Source of the DNA: Paludibacteraceae bacterium
Lineage (GTDB): Bacteria; Bacteroidota; Bacteroidia; Bacteroidales; Paludibacteraceae
Length of the DNA: 64,000 nucleotides
Reading direction: 5' to 3'
Assembly (NCBI GenBank): GCA_051870955.1
Contig: JBJECJ010000025.1
Coordinates: 126 to 64,125, forward strand
How positions within the stretch are numbered: position 1 is the stretch's first letter; every line of letters begins with the position of its first letter. Of this stretch, positions 19,438 through 29,232 are shown one piece after another. A program made the position numbers and the translations under genes. The notes under the pieces were generated by a model. It saw nothing but the letters and a program-made list of their open reading frames with translations. It searched no databases and had not been told where the DNA came from.

Positions 19438-20712
19438 TTAATTAAAGATTATCTCCTGCCCTTGGCAGAAGCGGTGCTTTATCTGTCGGTCGTCCCCCAA
19501 ATAGACAAACCGCTCCAGCCGCTGTTTCAGGTCGTAGGGTGTTGCCTCTGTCGGCAGGGCACTGAGTGCGGTATTGTCTATCACCAGCGCGTCAAACGCA
19601 TAGCCTTTCTCGAACGAGCCCACTTTCCCGAAGAAACTGCCGCCGCCTTTCGTGGCGAGGTAGAAGACCTCCGAGAGTTTGAGGAAGGGCTCCTTGCCCT
19701 GCGTCTGCGCATAGCGCAACTTGCTCATCTCCACCGCGTATTGCATCACGCGGAACAGCGACAGATGGTGCCCGCCCGAGATGTCCGTACCCAAGGCAAC
19801 GGGTACGCCCTCTTGCAGGAAGCGGCGCACGGGCGCAATGCCCGAACCGAGGTTGCAGTTGGAGGTTGGGCAGTGCACGGCATACACTTGGTTTTCCCGC
19901 ATCAAGCGCAACTCCTCGCCCTCCGTGTAGCAACAATGCGCCATCAGCGTAGGTGTCTGCCCGAACAAACCATAGCGGCGGTACGCATCGCCATAGCAGG
20001 TCGCCTGCGGCTCCAACTCGCGTACCCACGCTATCTCCGACCTGTTCTCGCTCAGGTGCGACTGCACAGGCAGGTGATGTCGTGCCGCGAAGTCGCCCAA
20101 TGCCTGCAACATCATAGGCGTGCAAGCAGGGATGAACCGCGGCGTAACAATGGGCTTCACCCGCTCGTAGCCCGCCACGTGGGCTGCCAATCGCTCCATA
20201 TCTCGGATAGCCGACTCGGGGCTGTTCGCCAGCGCCTTCGGGCAGTTCCTGTCCATGCCCACCAGCCCGATATACGCGCCCATCCCCGCCTCGGCAAACA
20301 AGTCCGCCAGCAGGCAGGTCGCGTCCGCGTGGGTAGTGGCAAAGACGGCAGCCCGCATCGTGCCGTGCAACCATAGGTCGTGCACAAACCGCCGATACAT
20401 CGCGTCGGCATAGGCAAGGTCGGCATACCGTTCCTCCTCGGGGAAAGTGTAGGTGTTGAGCCACGGCAGCAACTCCATATCCATCGCAATCCCCATGTTG
20501 CGATACTGCGGCGCATGCACGTGCAGGTCGTTCATCGCAGGGATAAGCAACGCCTCCCCGAAGTCCCGCACCTCCGCCCCCGCATACGCTTCGGGCAAGG
20601 TCTCAAATACCCCCTCTATCGTCCCATCTTCTGCCACGACGACATATCCCCGCTCCAAGACGCAAAACGCCTCGGGAGTAGGAGTAAACAATATGTTTCC
20701 GCGATATATCAT
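19438..20712 (-). CDS. amidohydrolase, guanine deaminase-like
   Basis: 424 aa with metal-binding LHVHAPQ and the SHLSEN motif, resembling GuaD-type amidohydrolases. Confidence 0.65.
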   Translation of the reverse strand: MIYRGNILFTPTPEAFCVLERGYVVVAEDGTIEGVFETLPEAYAGAEVRDFGEALLIPAMNDLHVHAPQYRNMGIAMDMELLPWLNTYTFPEEERYADLAYADAMYRRFVHDLWLHGTMRAAVFATTHADATCLLADLFAEAGMGAYIGLVGMDRNCPKALANSPESAIRDMERLAAHVAGYERVKPIVTPRFIPACTPMMLQALGDFAARHHLPVQSHLSENRSEIAWVRELEPQATCYGDAYRRYGLFGQTPTLMAHCCYTEGEELRLMRENQVYAVHCPTSNCNLGSGIAPVRRFLQEGVPVALGTDISGGHHLSLFRVMQYAVEMSKLRYAQTQGKEPFLKLSEVFYLATKGGGSFFGKVGSFEKGYAFDALVIDNTALSALPTEATPYDLKQRLERFVYLGDDRQIKHRFCQGQEIIFN

Positions 20713-20793
20713 TGTGGATAAAGGATGAAGGATAAAGGATAAAAGACTTAATAGTTTAGTATTGTCAGTTGTTAATCAGTCTGTCAGCGTCAC

Positions 20794-20845
20794 TGGTCTT
20801 TCAGCAGGCAGGGACGCCTGCGTACCCGGACTGTGGTCTTTCAGC
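20794..20845. repeat. 28-bp palindromic element flanked by 12-bp direct repeats
   Basis: tggtctttcagc at 20794-20805 and 20834-20845 brackets aggcagggacgcctgcgtacccggactg. Confidence 0.6.
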
Positions 20846-21305
20846 GCGCCCCCGACTTGTCGGGATAAGAAGCGCGGTCTTTTGTCTTGAAGAACGGCAT
20901 CAGGACAAAGTAATTGACTATTCCCGCGAGGACGATGGCGGCTATGCCTGCCCACTCCTCGGGCATGGTGCAGAGTATCAACAGGTGGAGGAACGCAATC
21001 TGCACCACATAGTTCACCGCGCGTCCGACCAAGAATCCGCCTGCGTTCTTCAGGCAGGGCTTGGAGCGGAAGGTGTAGAAACTCGTGAGCAGGTAGTTGC
21101 TCACCATCTCCACACAGAACCCTATCGTGAATGCCAATGTTACATATCCGTGCAGGTCAGGGCAATAACGCTCAAACAAAGCCAAGAAGACATAGTAGAT
21201 GCCATACTGCATCACTGTCCCTATGGCTCCCACCACGGTGAAACGCACCGGTGAACGATATTTACGCGGCAAACGCCCTGTCCATGTACGCATGGTGTAT
21301 CTCAA
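20841..21305 (-). CDS. GtrA family membrane protein
   Basis: 154 aa with four TM segments and a [19 protein letters not shown]-terminus. Its 3' end runs into repeat DNA. Confidence 0.75.
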   Translation of the reverse strand: MRYTMRTWTGRLPRKYRSPVRFTVVGAIGTVMQYGIYYVFLALFERYCPDLHGYVTLAFTIGFCVEMVSNYLLTSFYTFRSKPCLKNAGGFLVGRAVNYVVQIAFLHLLILCTMPEEWAGIAAIVLAGIVNYFVLMPFFKTKDRASYPDKSGAR

Positions 21306-23902
21306 ATTGTTAATTGACTAAGCATCTCTTCCATAGCGGCTTGCAGGCCTTCTGCGTTGCGTCCGCCGGCGGTAGCCATCTGCGGTTGCCCGCCGCCGCC
21401 ACCTTGGATATGCTTGGCTGCTGACTTAATCATCTGTCCGGCGTTGAGCCCTGCTTCCACCAACGGCTGCGAGAGGAAGACGGAAATCATCGGTTTGCCT
21501 TCCCATTGGGTGGCACCTACCACGGCGAACTTCATATCCGTGAAACGTCCCTTGAGCAGAGGCAGCACACCGCGAATCATCCCCGGCTCCACATCGCCCG
21601 TGATGCGCACCAGTTTGATATCGTGGTAGTCCTCTGCCCGTGCTATTAGGTTGTCGCGATAGTGCTCCAGTTTCTCCACCATGAATGCCTCCACGTCTTT
21701 CTTCAGTTGCGCGTTCTCTTTGATGGCTTTCGTGATGGCGGACGTAAGGTCGGGTGCGTTGTTGAACAATGCTTTCAGCCCCACCAGCACATCTTGTTGT
21801 GCATAATAGAGTTCGTCGGATTTCCCCGCGGTAACCGCTTCTATACGGCGCACGCCGGCGGCGATACTCGTCTCCATCACGATACGCACGGAGCCGATGC
21901 GTCCTGTGGAACTGACATGGCAACCGCCGCACAACTCCACCGAAGGGCCGTACTTAATCACGCGCACGTCATCGCCGTATTTCTCGCCGAAGAGTGCCAT
22001 CGCGCCCATCGCTTTCGCCTCGACTATCGGCGTGTGGCGCGACTCCTCAAGGCGGAAATCCGTACGAATCAGTTGGTTTGCCAACTGCTCTACCTTGCGC
22101 AACTCCTCGGGCGTAACTTTCTGATAATGTGAGAAGTCAAAGCGCAGCGAGTCGGCGGTTACAAGGCTACCTTTCTGCTCCACATGGTTGCCCAGCACTT
22201 GGCGCAACGCATAGTGGAGGATATGGGTGCAGGTGTGGTTGCAGGCTATTGCCTGACGGCGTGCATCGTCCACCTTCGCGGTCAGCGTAGCCGAGGGATC
22301 AGCGGGCAACTCGGTGCAGATATGCACGGCGAGGTTGTTCTCGCGCTTGGTGTCGCTCACTCGCACGCTGCCCAGCGTACCCGTGTCGCCTATCTCACCA
22401 CCCATCTCGGCGTAGAACGGGGTCTTGGAGAGCACCACTTGGTAGAATGTCTTGCCTTTCTGGCTCACTTGGCGGTAGCGCAGGATCTCCGTCTCCACCT
22501 CCAGTTGGTCATAACCCACGAACTCCGGTTCGCCTTCGCGCAAGACCGTCCAGTCGCCTAAGTCCTGCTTGTTGGCGCTACGTCCCATCTCTTTCTGGTG
22601 CTCCAGCGCACGGTTATACTCCTCTTCGTTGGTGGTAAACCCGTTCTCGCGCAGGATGAGTTCAGTCAAGTCGAGCGGGAAACCGTAGGTGTCTTTCAGC
22701 GTGAAGACATCCGTGCCGGAAATTTCCTTGCCTATGGCTTCCTTCATCAGTTTGTCGAGCAGCGAGATACCTTTCTCCAGCGTGCGGAGGAATGCTTCTT
22801 CCTCGCTCTTGATGACAGGGATGATCTGCTTCTCTTGTGCTTTGAGTTCGGGATACGCATCGCCCATGTCGTCTATCAGTTGCGGCACGAGTTGGTAGAG
22901 GAATGCTTCGCGTTGGTTCAGGAACGTGTAGGCATAGCGCACGGCGCGGCGCAGGATGCGGCGAATCACGTAACCGGCTTTCTCGTTGCTCGGCAGTTGT
23001 CCGTCTGTGATGGCAAAGGCGATAGTGCGTATATGGTCTGCCACCACGCGCATGGCGATGTCGGTCTTCTCCTCCTTGCCGTACTCGCAGCCGCATATCT
23101 CACCGATGCGGCGGAGCATGGGTTGAAAGACATCGGTGTCGTAGTTGCTCTGCTTGCCTTGCAGGGTGCGCACCAATCGCTCGAAGCCCATGCCGGTGTC
23201 AATCACCTTCTTGGGCAGTCCCTCCAAGGAGCCGTCTGCCTTGCGGTTGTACTGCATGAAGACAAGGTTCCAAATCTCTATCACCTGCGGGTGGTCTTTG
23301 TTGACCAACTCGCGCCCGGGCACCGCTTGTTTCTCGTCTTCGTTGCGGCTGTCCACGTGTATCTCCGAGCAGGGACCGCAGGGTCCTGTGTCGCCCATCT
23401 CCCAGAAGTTATCGTGTTTGTTGCCGTTGAGGATATGGTCGGCAGGCAGGTGCTTTGCCCAGATAGCCGCCGCCTCGTCGTCGCGCTCCAGTCCCTCGTC
23501 GGGCGCACCCTCGAAGACCGTTACATAGAGGTCTTTGGGGTCGATATGCAGCACATCCACGATATACTCCCACGCGAAGTTGATAGCCCCTTCTTTGAAG
23601 TAGTCGCCAAACGACCAGTTGCCGAGCATCTCGAACATCGTGTGGTGGTAGGTGTCGTGCCCTACTTCCTCCAAGTCGTTGTGCTTACCGCTCACGCGCA
23701 GACACTTCTGCGAGTCTGCCACACGCGGGTACTTAATCGGGTCATTACCCAAGATGATACCCTTCCACGGGTTCATACCCGCGTTGGTGAACATCAGCGT
23801 GGGGTCATCTTTGATTACCATCGGCGCGGAGGGTACTACTTGGTGTCCCTTCGATGCCATAAAGTCCAAAAAGGATTGACGTATCTCTTTACTTGTTAAC
23901 AT
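21302..23902 (-). CDS. alaS: alanine--tRNA ligase
   Basis: 866 aa with class II core, editing-domain HxxxH/CxxxH motifs ([15 protein letters not shown]) and a C-terminal DHHA1-like region. Confidence 0.93.
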   Translation of the reverse strand: MLTSKEIRQSFLDFMASKGHQVVPSAPMVIKDDPTLMFTNAGMNPWKGIILGNDPIKYPRVADSQKCLRVSGKHNDLEEVGHDTYHHTMFEMLGNWSFGDYFKEGAINFAWEYIVDVLHIDPKDLYVTVFEGAPDEGLERDDEAAAIWAKHLPADHILNGNKHDNFWEMGDTGPCGPCSEIHVDSRNEDEKQAVPGRELVNKDHPQVIEIWNLVFMQYNRKADGSLEGLPKKVIDTGMGFERLVRTLQGKQSNYDTDVFQPMLRRIGEICGCEYGKEEKTDIAMRVVADHIRTIAFAITDGQLPSNEKAGYVIRRILRRAVRYAYTFLNQREAFLYQLVPQLIDDMGDAYPELKAQEKQIIPVIKSEEEAFLRTLEKGISLLDKLMKEAIGKEISGTDVFTLKDTYGFPLDLTELILRENGFTTNEEEYNRALEHQKEMGRSANKQDLGDWTVLREGEPEFVGYDQLEVETEILRYRQVSQKGKTFYQVVLSKTPFYAEMGGEIGDTGTLGSVRVSDTKRENNLAVHICTELPADPSATLTAKVDDARRQAIACNHTCTHILHYALRQVLGNHVEQKGSLVTADSLRFDFSHYQKVTPEELRKVEQLANQLIRTDFRLEESRHTPIVEAKAMGAMALFGEKYGDDVRVIKYGPSVELCGGCHVSSTGRIGSVRIVMETSIAAGVRRIEAVTAGKSDELYYAQQDVLVGLKALFNNAPDLTSAITKAIKENAQLKKDVEAFMVEKLEHYRDNLIARAEDYHDIKLVRITGDVEPGMIRGVLPLLKGRFTDMKFAVVGATQWEGKPMISVFLSQPLVEAGLNAGQMIKSAAKHIQGGGGGQPQMATAGGRNAEGLQAAMEEMLSQLTI

Positions 23903-23904
23903 GT

Positions 23905-23971
23905 GATTTACGATTTACGAATTTACGATTTACGAATTATTTTTTATTTACGATTTACGAATTTACGATTT
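23905..23971. repeat. tandem 7/8-nt array (gatttac/gaatttac)
   Basis: Visible directly. It overlaps the last codons of the four-helix-bundle gene. Confidence 0.75.
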
Positions 23972-24337
23972 AATACTTTCTTCGTTTAATTTCTTCTTTG
24001 CTGTTATAATTGCACTGGCAACGATATTCAATAATTCACTGCATTCTTCATATAATGGTTGCAAGCGTGAATGGGGAAGTATCTCGGCATCTGAAATGAG
24101 GCTTAACCAATACTGGGTTTCATCTAATTCTTCCTCTACCATCTTCAGTTTATTGACAAAGTCTTTGGACGATTTAGCATAACAAGCGGCTCGATAATTG
24201 GCAGCGGGAGATGTCCCTGACCGAACAATCTGTTTTGCGATAGCCAAAGAAGACACGGTATGAGGCATAGCATCCACCATCCGCAATATGCGTAGAGAAA
24301 ATCCTCGAAAGCGCTCTTTTAATTCTTCCTTTGTCAT
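23963..24337 (-). CDS. four-helix-bundle protein (23S rRNA intervening-sequence protein family)
   Basis: 124 aa. The pattern ..IAKQIVRSGTSPAANYRAA....SKDFVNKLKMVEEELDETQYWL.. is typical of this family. Confidence 0.8.
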   Translation of the reverse strand: MTKEELKERFRGFSLRILRMVDAMPHTVSSLAIAKQIVRSGTSPAANYRAACYAKSSKDFVNKLKMVEEELDETQYWLSLISDAEILPHSRLQPLYEECSELLNIVASAIITAKKKLNEESIKS

Positions 24338-24343
24338 CAGATT

Positions 24344-24436
24344 ATTTACGAATTACAATTTACGAATTACGATTTACGATTTGGATTTACGAATTAGATT
24401 TCCAACGCAAAAATCGTAAATCGTAATTCGTAAATC
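24344..24436. repeat. tttacgaat-type tandem array ending in a 25-nt inverted repeat
   Basis: 24358-24382 is the reverse complement of 24412-24436. Confidence 0.75.
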
Positions 24437-25610
24437 AAACTGTTGTTTTGAAATCCATGAACTCGCGTCTGGGGCGGCGGTCTTCTCTGTCCTCACGCGG
24501 GGTGAAGGGCAGCGGGTCTTTGCTCAGTTCGGCATTCTGTTTCCGCGTGTGCAAGATGTCTATCGCCGTGTAGAGCGCGTGTGCAAAACTGAGGTGGTTG
24601 GCCTGGTTCTTGCCCGCGAGGTCGTAGGCTGTTCCGTGGTCGGGCGAGGTGCGCACGATGGGCAGACCTGCCGTGAAGTTCACGCCGCTCATGTCCAGCG
24701 TCTTGAAGGGGATAAGTCCTTGGTCGTGGTACATAGCGAGCACGGCATTGAAATGGGTGAAGTGCCCGCTGCCGAAGAAGCCGTCTGCCGAGTACGGACC
24801 GAACGCCCATATCCCCTGCTCGCAGGCTTTCTCTATCGTCGGGCGGATAACAGTCTGCTCCTCTTCCCCTATCAGCCCTTTGTCGCCCGCATGGGGATTA
24901 AGCGCGAGCACAGCTATACGCGGCTTGCGCACGGAGAAATCGCGTTGCAGGGTCTCGTTGAGCAAGGTCAGTTTGTGCAAGATATGCTCCTCGGTTATCT
25001 GCGCCGGCACGTCCGCGATGGGCATATGGTTGCACACCAGTGCTACGCGCATCGTCTCGCTCAGCATCATCATCAGGCTCTCTTGCTTCGCAGACGATAT
25101 TTGACCGCTTTGCTGCAAGACCGCTTCGCTATCCGACCGCTCCGCTGTCTGACAGTCTGCAAACAGCGAAGTCAGATACTCGGTGTGCCCCGAGAAACGG
25201 AAACTATCCGATTGGATATTCTCTTTGTTGATGGGTGCGGTAACCAGCGCGTGCACCTTGCCTGCTTTCAGGTCGGTGCAGGCACGTTCGAGTGCGGCAA
25301 ACGATGCTTGCCCTGCCTCCTGCGTGCTCACCCCCAACTGTATGGGCGTGGTGTCGGGATAGCAGGTGATGAGGTTCAGTCGCCCGTCTCGCGCCTGCCC
25401 GGGGTCTTGGATAAGGTTGAACTGTATGTTCGTGTACTCCTCGCCAAGCGTCTGCGCATGCTGTTTGGCTACTTTGGCATTGCCATACACGATAGGGCGG
25501 CATATCTCCGTGATATGCGGGTCGCGCAAGGTCTTGAGTATCACCTCATATCCTACGCCGTTGATATCGCCCGCTGTGATTGCTATGGTTGGTTTCATAT
25601 ATTCTTTCAC
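24435..25610 (-). CDS. pdxA: 4-hydroxythreonine-4-phosphate dehydrogenase
   Basis: ITAGDINGVGYEV and GHTEYL motifs. GTG start at 25610, or ATG at 25598. Carries an extra segment at 25077-25160. Confidence 0.85.
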   Translation of the reverse strand: MKEYMKPTIAITAGDINGVGYEVILKTLRDPHITEICRPIVYGNAKVAKQHAQTLGEEYTNIQFNLIQDPGQARDGRLNLITCYPDTTPIQLGVSTQEAGQASFAALERACTDLKAGKVHALVTAPINKENIQSDSFRFSGHTEYLTSLFADCQTAERSDSEAVLQQSGQISSAKQESLMMMLSETMRVALVCNHMPIADVPAQITEEHILHKLTLLNETLQRDFSVRKPRIAVLALNPHAGDKGLIGEEEQTVIRPTIEKACEQGIWAFGPYSADGFFGSGHFTHFNAVLAMYHDQGLIPFKTLDMSGVNFTAGLPIVRTSPDHGTAYDLAGKNQANHLSFAHALYTAIDILHTRKQNAELSKDPLPFTPREDREDRRPRREFMDFKTTV

Positions 25611-25614
25611 TCCG

Positions 25615-25709
25615 TGTTTGTAACTTCGTGTTGATACGCCCCGACTTGTCGGAGCTGTTGATAACTACACTGCGCTTCGTGTTGAAGACTTCGTGTACAG
25701 CCCGCAGGG
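25615..25709. repeat. REP-like hairpins and cacgaag words, inverted relative to 4835-5039
   Basis: ccccgacttgtcgg and cagcccgcagggctg hairpins together with cttcgtgt words. Confidence 0.65.
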
Positions 25710-26291
25710 CTATTTAACAGCGCTTGCCGCGCTCACAAAATCTACTTTCTCGTACTGCAACTTGCTCAGGTCGTAGGGCTTGCGCTCCTCGTCTTTGTAC
25801 CCGAGCGAGATGATGCATAGGATGGTCTTTCCATCCAATGCAAGTCCTGGTTCCTGGTTCTCCTGAGAAGTCGGGACAAGTTTGGTTCCTTGCTCCGATA
25901 GCGCCTTCTTCACCAACTCTTCCGCGCCTTCGCGCTGATATACCTGGCACCAGCACGCGCCCAGTCCGAGGTCAGCCGCCGCGAGCAGGATATGCGCGGC
26001 AGCGATGGCGCCGTCTGCCTGCCACGTGTCGCACACCGAGGTGTCCAGCGATACGACGATAGCCGCCGTAGCGGTCTGAAACATCCCGCTGCCGTACGTC
26101 CGGCAACCCGCAAACTGTCGAATAACCGCCTCATCGGTTACCACCGTGAAGTGCCACGGGTTCAGCCGCTTGCCGGCAGGTGCCATCAGCGCACACTGCA
26201 CGATATAGTCCAGTTTCTCCCGCTCCACCGGCTGCGCCGTGTATTTGCGGTACGACCGTCTATTTTGACACAATTCTAAAAAAGAGTTCAT
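25710..26291 (-). CDS. nitroreductase family protein
   Basis: The N-terminus MNSFLELCQNRRSYRKY is typical of nitroreductases. The longer ORF start at 26318 lies inside the -7 box. Confidence 0.8.
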   Translation of the reverse strand: MNSFLELCQNRRSYRKYTAQPVEREKLDYIVQCALMAPAGKRLNPWHFTVVTDEAVIRQFAGCRTYGSGMFQTATAAIVVSLDTSVCDTWQADGAIAAAHILLAAADLGLGACWCQVYQREGAEELVKKALSEQGTKLVPTSQENQEPGLALDGKTILCIISLGYKDEERKPYDLSKLQYEKVDFVSAASAVK

Positions 26292-26315
26292 AGCAGATTC
26301 TTCACTTTCAGCCTG

Positions 26316-26355
26316 CAAAGATACTGCTTTTTTCTGATATATGCAAATTTTTTAG
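26316..26355 (-). promoter_or_regulatory. promoter for the nitroreductase gene
   Basis: On the minus strand: tttgcatatatc, A-run, GCAGTATCTTTGCA. Confidence 0.55.
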
Positions 26356-26433
26356 CATTGTGAGGAAAAAAAGTAACCATCGCCGCCGCTCCGCATTGTT
26401 CGGGAGTTGCCTATGATTGTTTTTTTAGCATAA

Positions 26434-26468
26434 AAGTTTGTGCAATTGGAAAAAAAGCAGTAATTTTG
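26434..26468 (+). promoter_or_regulatory. promoter for the DUF389 gene
   Basis: agTTTGtgc, A-run, GCAGTAATTTTGCA, with the -7 box at 26461-26468. Confidence 0.55.
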
Positions 26469-26516
26469 CAGCGCAAAACGACAGAACTGTCAGCAACAAA
26501 ACATTCACGAGTCAGT

Positions 26517-27893
26517 ATGGATTGGAACAAGAACAAGATACTGAGTTATCTGAAGCAGTTGGTGTCGCTGGGCGATGCGATGGATGTGCAAGCCGCAGCG
26601 GCGAGTATTCGGGAGAATATCCACTTCCGCGGTCCGAACGTGTTCATTCTCTTCTTCGCGATTATCATTGCGTCTGTGGGCTTGAACGTGAACTCCATCC
26701 CCGTGATTATCGGCGCGATGTTGATTTCGCCGCTGATGGGTCCTATCATCGGCTTCGGCATGGGACTGGGGACGAACGATACGACGCTGGTGAAAGACGC
26801 GCTGAAGAACTTGGCGGTGATGGTGGTCATCAGTATCATTGCCTCCACGCTGTATTTCCTTGTCTCTCCGCTGGATATGGACAACCCGACGGAGTTGCTG
26901 GCGCGCACCAACCCGACCATCTACGATGTGTTCATCGCCTTGTTCGGCGGCTTCGCCGGTATCATGGAGACGAGCCGCAAGGAGCGAGGGACGGTGATGT
27001 CGGGTGTGGCGATAGCCACTGCCCTCATGCCGCCGCTCTGCACGGTGGGCTACGGCATCGCGAGTTGGAACTGGCACTATGCCTTCGGGGCGCTGTATCT
27101 GTTCCTTATCAATAGCATACTCATCGCGCTGGCGACCTTCCTGACGGTGAAGTACCTGCACTACCCCGTGGTGGAGGAGCAGTCCACCAACGCCAAGCGG
27201 CGGGCATGGTCTATTGCGCTGGTGGTGGTAGTGCTGGTAGTGCCGAGCGTGATTAGCGCCATCTCTGTGGTGCGCGAGAACCAGTTTGCGAGCCACGCCA
27301 AGGCGTTCATTGCTGCCAATAAGACCATCGGAACGAGTTATGTCTATCAGACGGAGGTGCGTCCCTCGCAGGGGCAGATAGAGTTCTTCCTTGCGGGTGA
27401 GGCGCTGACGGATGCTGACCGTAAGTTGTTCTACGCCGCTGCATTGAACGCGGGGTTCGACTCCACGGCGATAGTGCTGCACGAGGACGCGCTGACGCGG
27501 GATGACAGCGACCTGAGGCAAGACCAGTTGGTGCGCGACCTGTTCGCGTCGAAGGAGGAGCAGATAGCGGCTTATCAGCAGCAAATCACAGAGTTACGCA
27601 CGCAGTTGGCAGCGGCAGAGGTAACGATTCAGCAGGTGCAGAAACGCCCGACGCTGCCGACGCAGCAACTGACGGAGGAGATAAAAGCCCAGTACCCGCA
27701 GGTGGCGCAAGTAACGCTGGCAGAGGGTGAACTGCTGGTAAGCACGGACAGCAGCAGCGTGCTACAGCCCGTAACGATAGTGAGCCTGCAACTGCAACCG
27801 AAGAAACGGCTGCAGCAGACGGATAGAGAGAAGATGGAGGAGTGGTTGCGCGTGCGGTTGAAGAGCGAGCATGTGGACTTGATTGTGCGATAA
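26517..27893 (+). CDS. DUF389 (TIGR00341-like) membrane protein with C-terminal coiled/soluble extension
   Basis: Multi-TM N-terminal half with IGAMLISPLMGPI and ATALMPPL motifs. Start taken at MDWNKNK. Confidence 0.7.
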   Translation: MDWNKNKILSYLKQLVSLGDAMDVQAAAASIRENIHFRGPNVFILFFAIIIASVGLNVNSIPVIIGAMLISPLMGPIIGFGMGLGTNDTTLVKDALKNLAVMVVISIIASTLYFLVSPLDMDNPTELLARTNPTIYDVFIALFGGFAGIMETSRKERGTVMSGVAIATALMPPLCTVGYGIASWNWHYAFGALYLFLINSILIALATFLTVKYLHYPVVEEQSTNAKRRAWSIALVVVVLVVPSVISAISVVRENQFASHAKAFIAANKTIGTSYVYQTEVRPSQGQIEFFLAGEALTDADRKLFYAAALNAGFDSTAIVLHEDALTRDDSDLRQDQLVRDLFASKEEQIAAYQQQITELRTQLAAAEVTIQQVQKRPTLPTQQLTEEIKAQYPQVAQVTLAEGELLVSTDSSSVLQPVTIVSLQLQPKKRLQQTDREKMEEWLRVRLKSEHVDLIVR

Positions 27894-27917
27894 CTGACTG
27901 GTTAGCAACAAACAAGG

Positions 27918-27946
27918 AAGCCGCCTAACGTGCAGTTAGGCGGCTT
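27918..27946. terminator. bidirectional hairpin terminator
   Basis: aagccgcctaac / gttaggcggctt followed by ttgttg, between convergent genes. Confidence 0.7.
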
Positions 27947-27970
27947 TTGTTGTTCGTGGGGAGAAGGGGA

Positions 27971-28897
27971 TTAGTTCATCTGTGCGCCCAGCACATTGAA
28001 CTGCTTGCCATCACGGATGATGAGGAGTCGTCCGTCGCGAACGGTCTTGACGGCTTTTCCTTCTGCTTGAACGGTCTCCAATGCGGTGGAGGACTCTACG
28101 CGCTTGCCGTCCTCGTCCAAGGTCAGTGCCACTTTGGTAGGATTGGTGGTGAAGACCACATCCGGAGCACCATCAGCGTCGGTGCCTCTCTCTGCCCCTG
28201 CTACCAAAACGAAATAGTTGTTTGCTCCATCATATTGGAAGTCAGAGAGGTTGTCGTCATCATACGAAACCTCGGCACCTTCGGTGAAGAAGATGTCTGC
28301 CGAAGCCAAATCTGCCAATATAGCATGCAATATATATGCATCGTCAAAATATGCAGAATAAGTTGTATAGAACTCCTCACCAACAATGTATGCCACGAAG
28401 GTCTCGCCATCGGCTAAGCCTGTTACGGTGAACGAGGATTCTCCGAGAACTACTTTACCAGCAAAGTCCTGCACCTCTTCTCCAATCGTTACCTCATGGG
28501 TAACCAATTCTCCTGCGGGGATAAAAGCAGTGCCTTCCTCCGGGTTTGCCGCCACAGCAATTACACAAAGAGTATAGGTACCATCGGGAGCAGCGCCAAT
28601 CATCGTGCTCACCCATTCTTCGAGGTTTGCCTCTACCACACCCTTTGCACATTCTTCTTCCGTACCGGGCAGAGCAATGCATAACTCTACAAATTCATCC
28701 ATAGATGCAACTCCTACAGCACTAAAAGCAGCGTCATTGTAAAAGCCCCAGACATAGAGTGCTTCGGGGTCGCTCGGGGTGATGGTAACCACACCCTGTT
28801 CGTCCTCAGAGTCGGTAAATGTGAATGTGAGGGCACCTTGTGCCAATACCGTTCCTGCCAGCAACACGGCAGCCATCAAAGAGAAAATCTTTTTCAT
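27971..28897 (-). CDS. secreted acidic protein of unknown function with conserved C-terminal tag
   Basis: Signal peptide MKKIFSLMAAVLLAGTVLAQG, D/E-rich composition, and it ends in VRDGRLLIIRDGKQFNVLGAQMN. Confidence 0.6.
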   Translation of the reverse strand: MKKIFSLMAAVLLAGTVLAQGALTFTFTDSEDEQGVVTITPSDPEALYVWGFYNDAAFSAVGVASMDEFVELCIALPGTEEECAKGVVEANLEEWVSTMIGAAPDGTYTLCVIAVAANPEEGTAFIPAGELVTHEVTIGEEVQDFAGKVVLGESSFTVTGLADGETFVAYIVGEEFYTTYSAYFDDAYILHAILADLASADIFFTEGAEVSYDDDNLSDFQYDGANNYFVLVAGAERGTDADGAPDVVFTTNPTKVALTLDEDGKRVESSTALETVQAEGKAVKTVRDGRLLIIRDGKQFNVLGAQMN

Positions 28898-28937
28898 GCC
28901 AAAATTGATTAAGTTAGTAAATTATTGAAAAATCGTG

Positions 28938-28975
28938 CAAAGGTATAAAAAAAAAAAACATATGCAAATTTTGGG
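28938..28975 (-). promoter_or_regulatory. promoter for the 27971-28897 gene
   Basis: On the minus strand: tttgcatatg, T/A run, TACCTTTGCA. Confidence 0.55.
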
Positions 28976-29110
28976 CACAAAAAATATCGTTTTTTATCGG
29001 AAATGGTATTTTTCTTACTCGTAGAAGCGGTGTTTCTGTTCGGCAGTTGCCCTCTTCTTGAGGAGGCGGTAGGATTCGGCGGAGAGAGGGAGGGGATTGT
29101 GGCGGAAAGG

Positions 29111-29232
29111 GGAAATCTTAACAATCGTACATTTTTGGGATGGGTTTGGGTTGCTATCGACCCGCGGGAGACCCGCGACCGACCCGCGAAAAACACCCGA
29201 GAAGGTGGCGGCGAGGGAAATCTTAAAAATCG
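29111..29232. repeat. 17-nt direct repeats flanking an 11-bp array
   Basis: ggaaatcttaacaatcg at 29111-29127 and ggaaatcttaaaaatcg at 29216-29232 flank the acccgcg-type 11-mers at 29160-29203. Confidence 0.65.

Noticed and set aside
23963-24337. The four-helix-bundle protein as an Avd component of a diversity-generating retroelement
   Set aside because: No reverse transcriptase ORF, template/variable repeat pair or target gene with a C-terminal variable region is present within the window.
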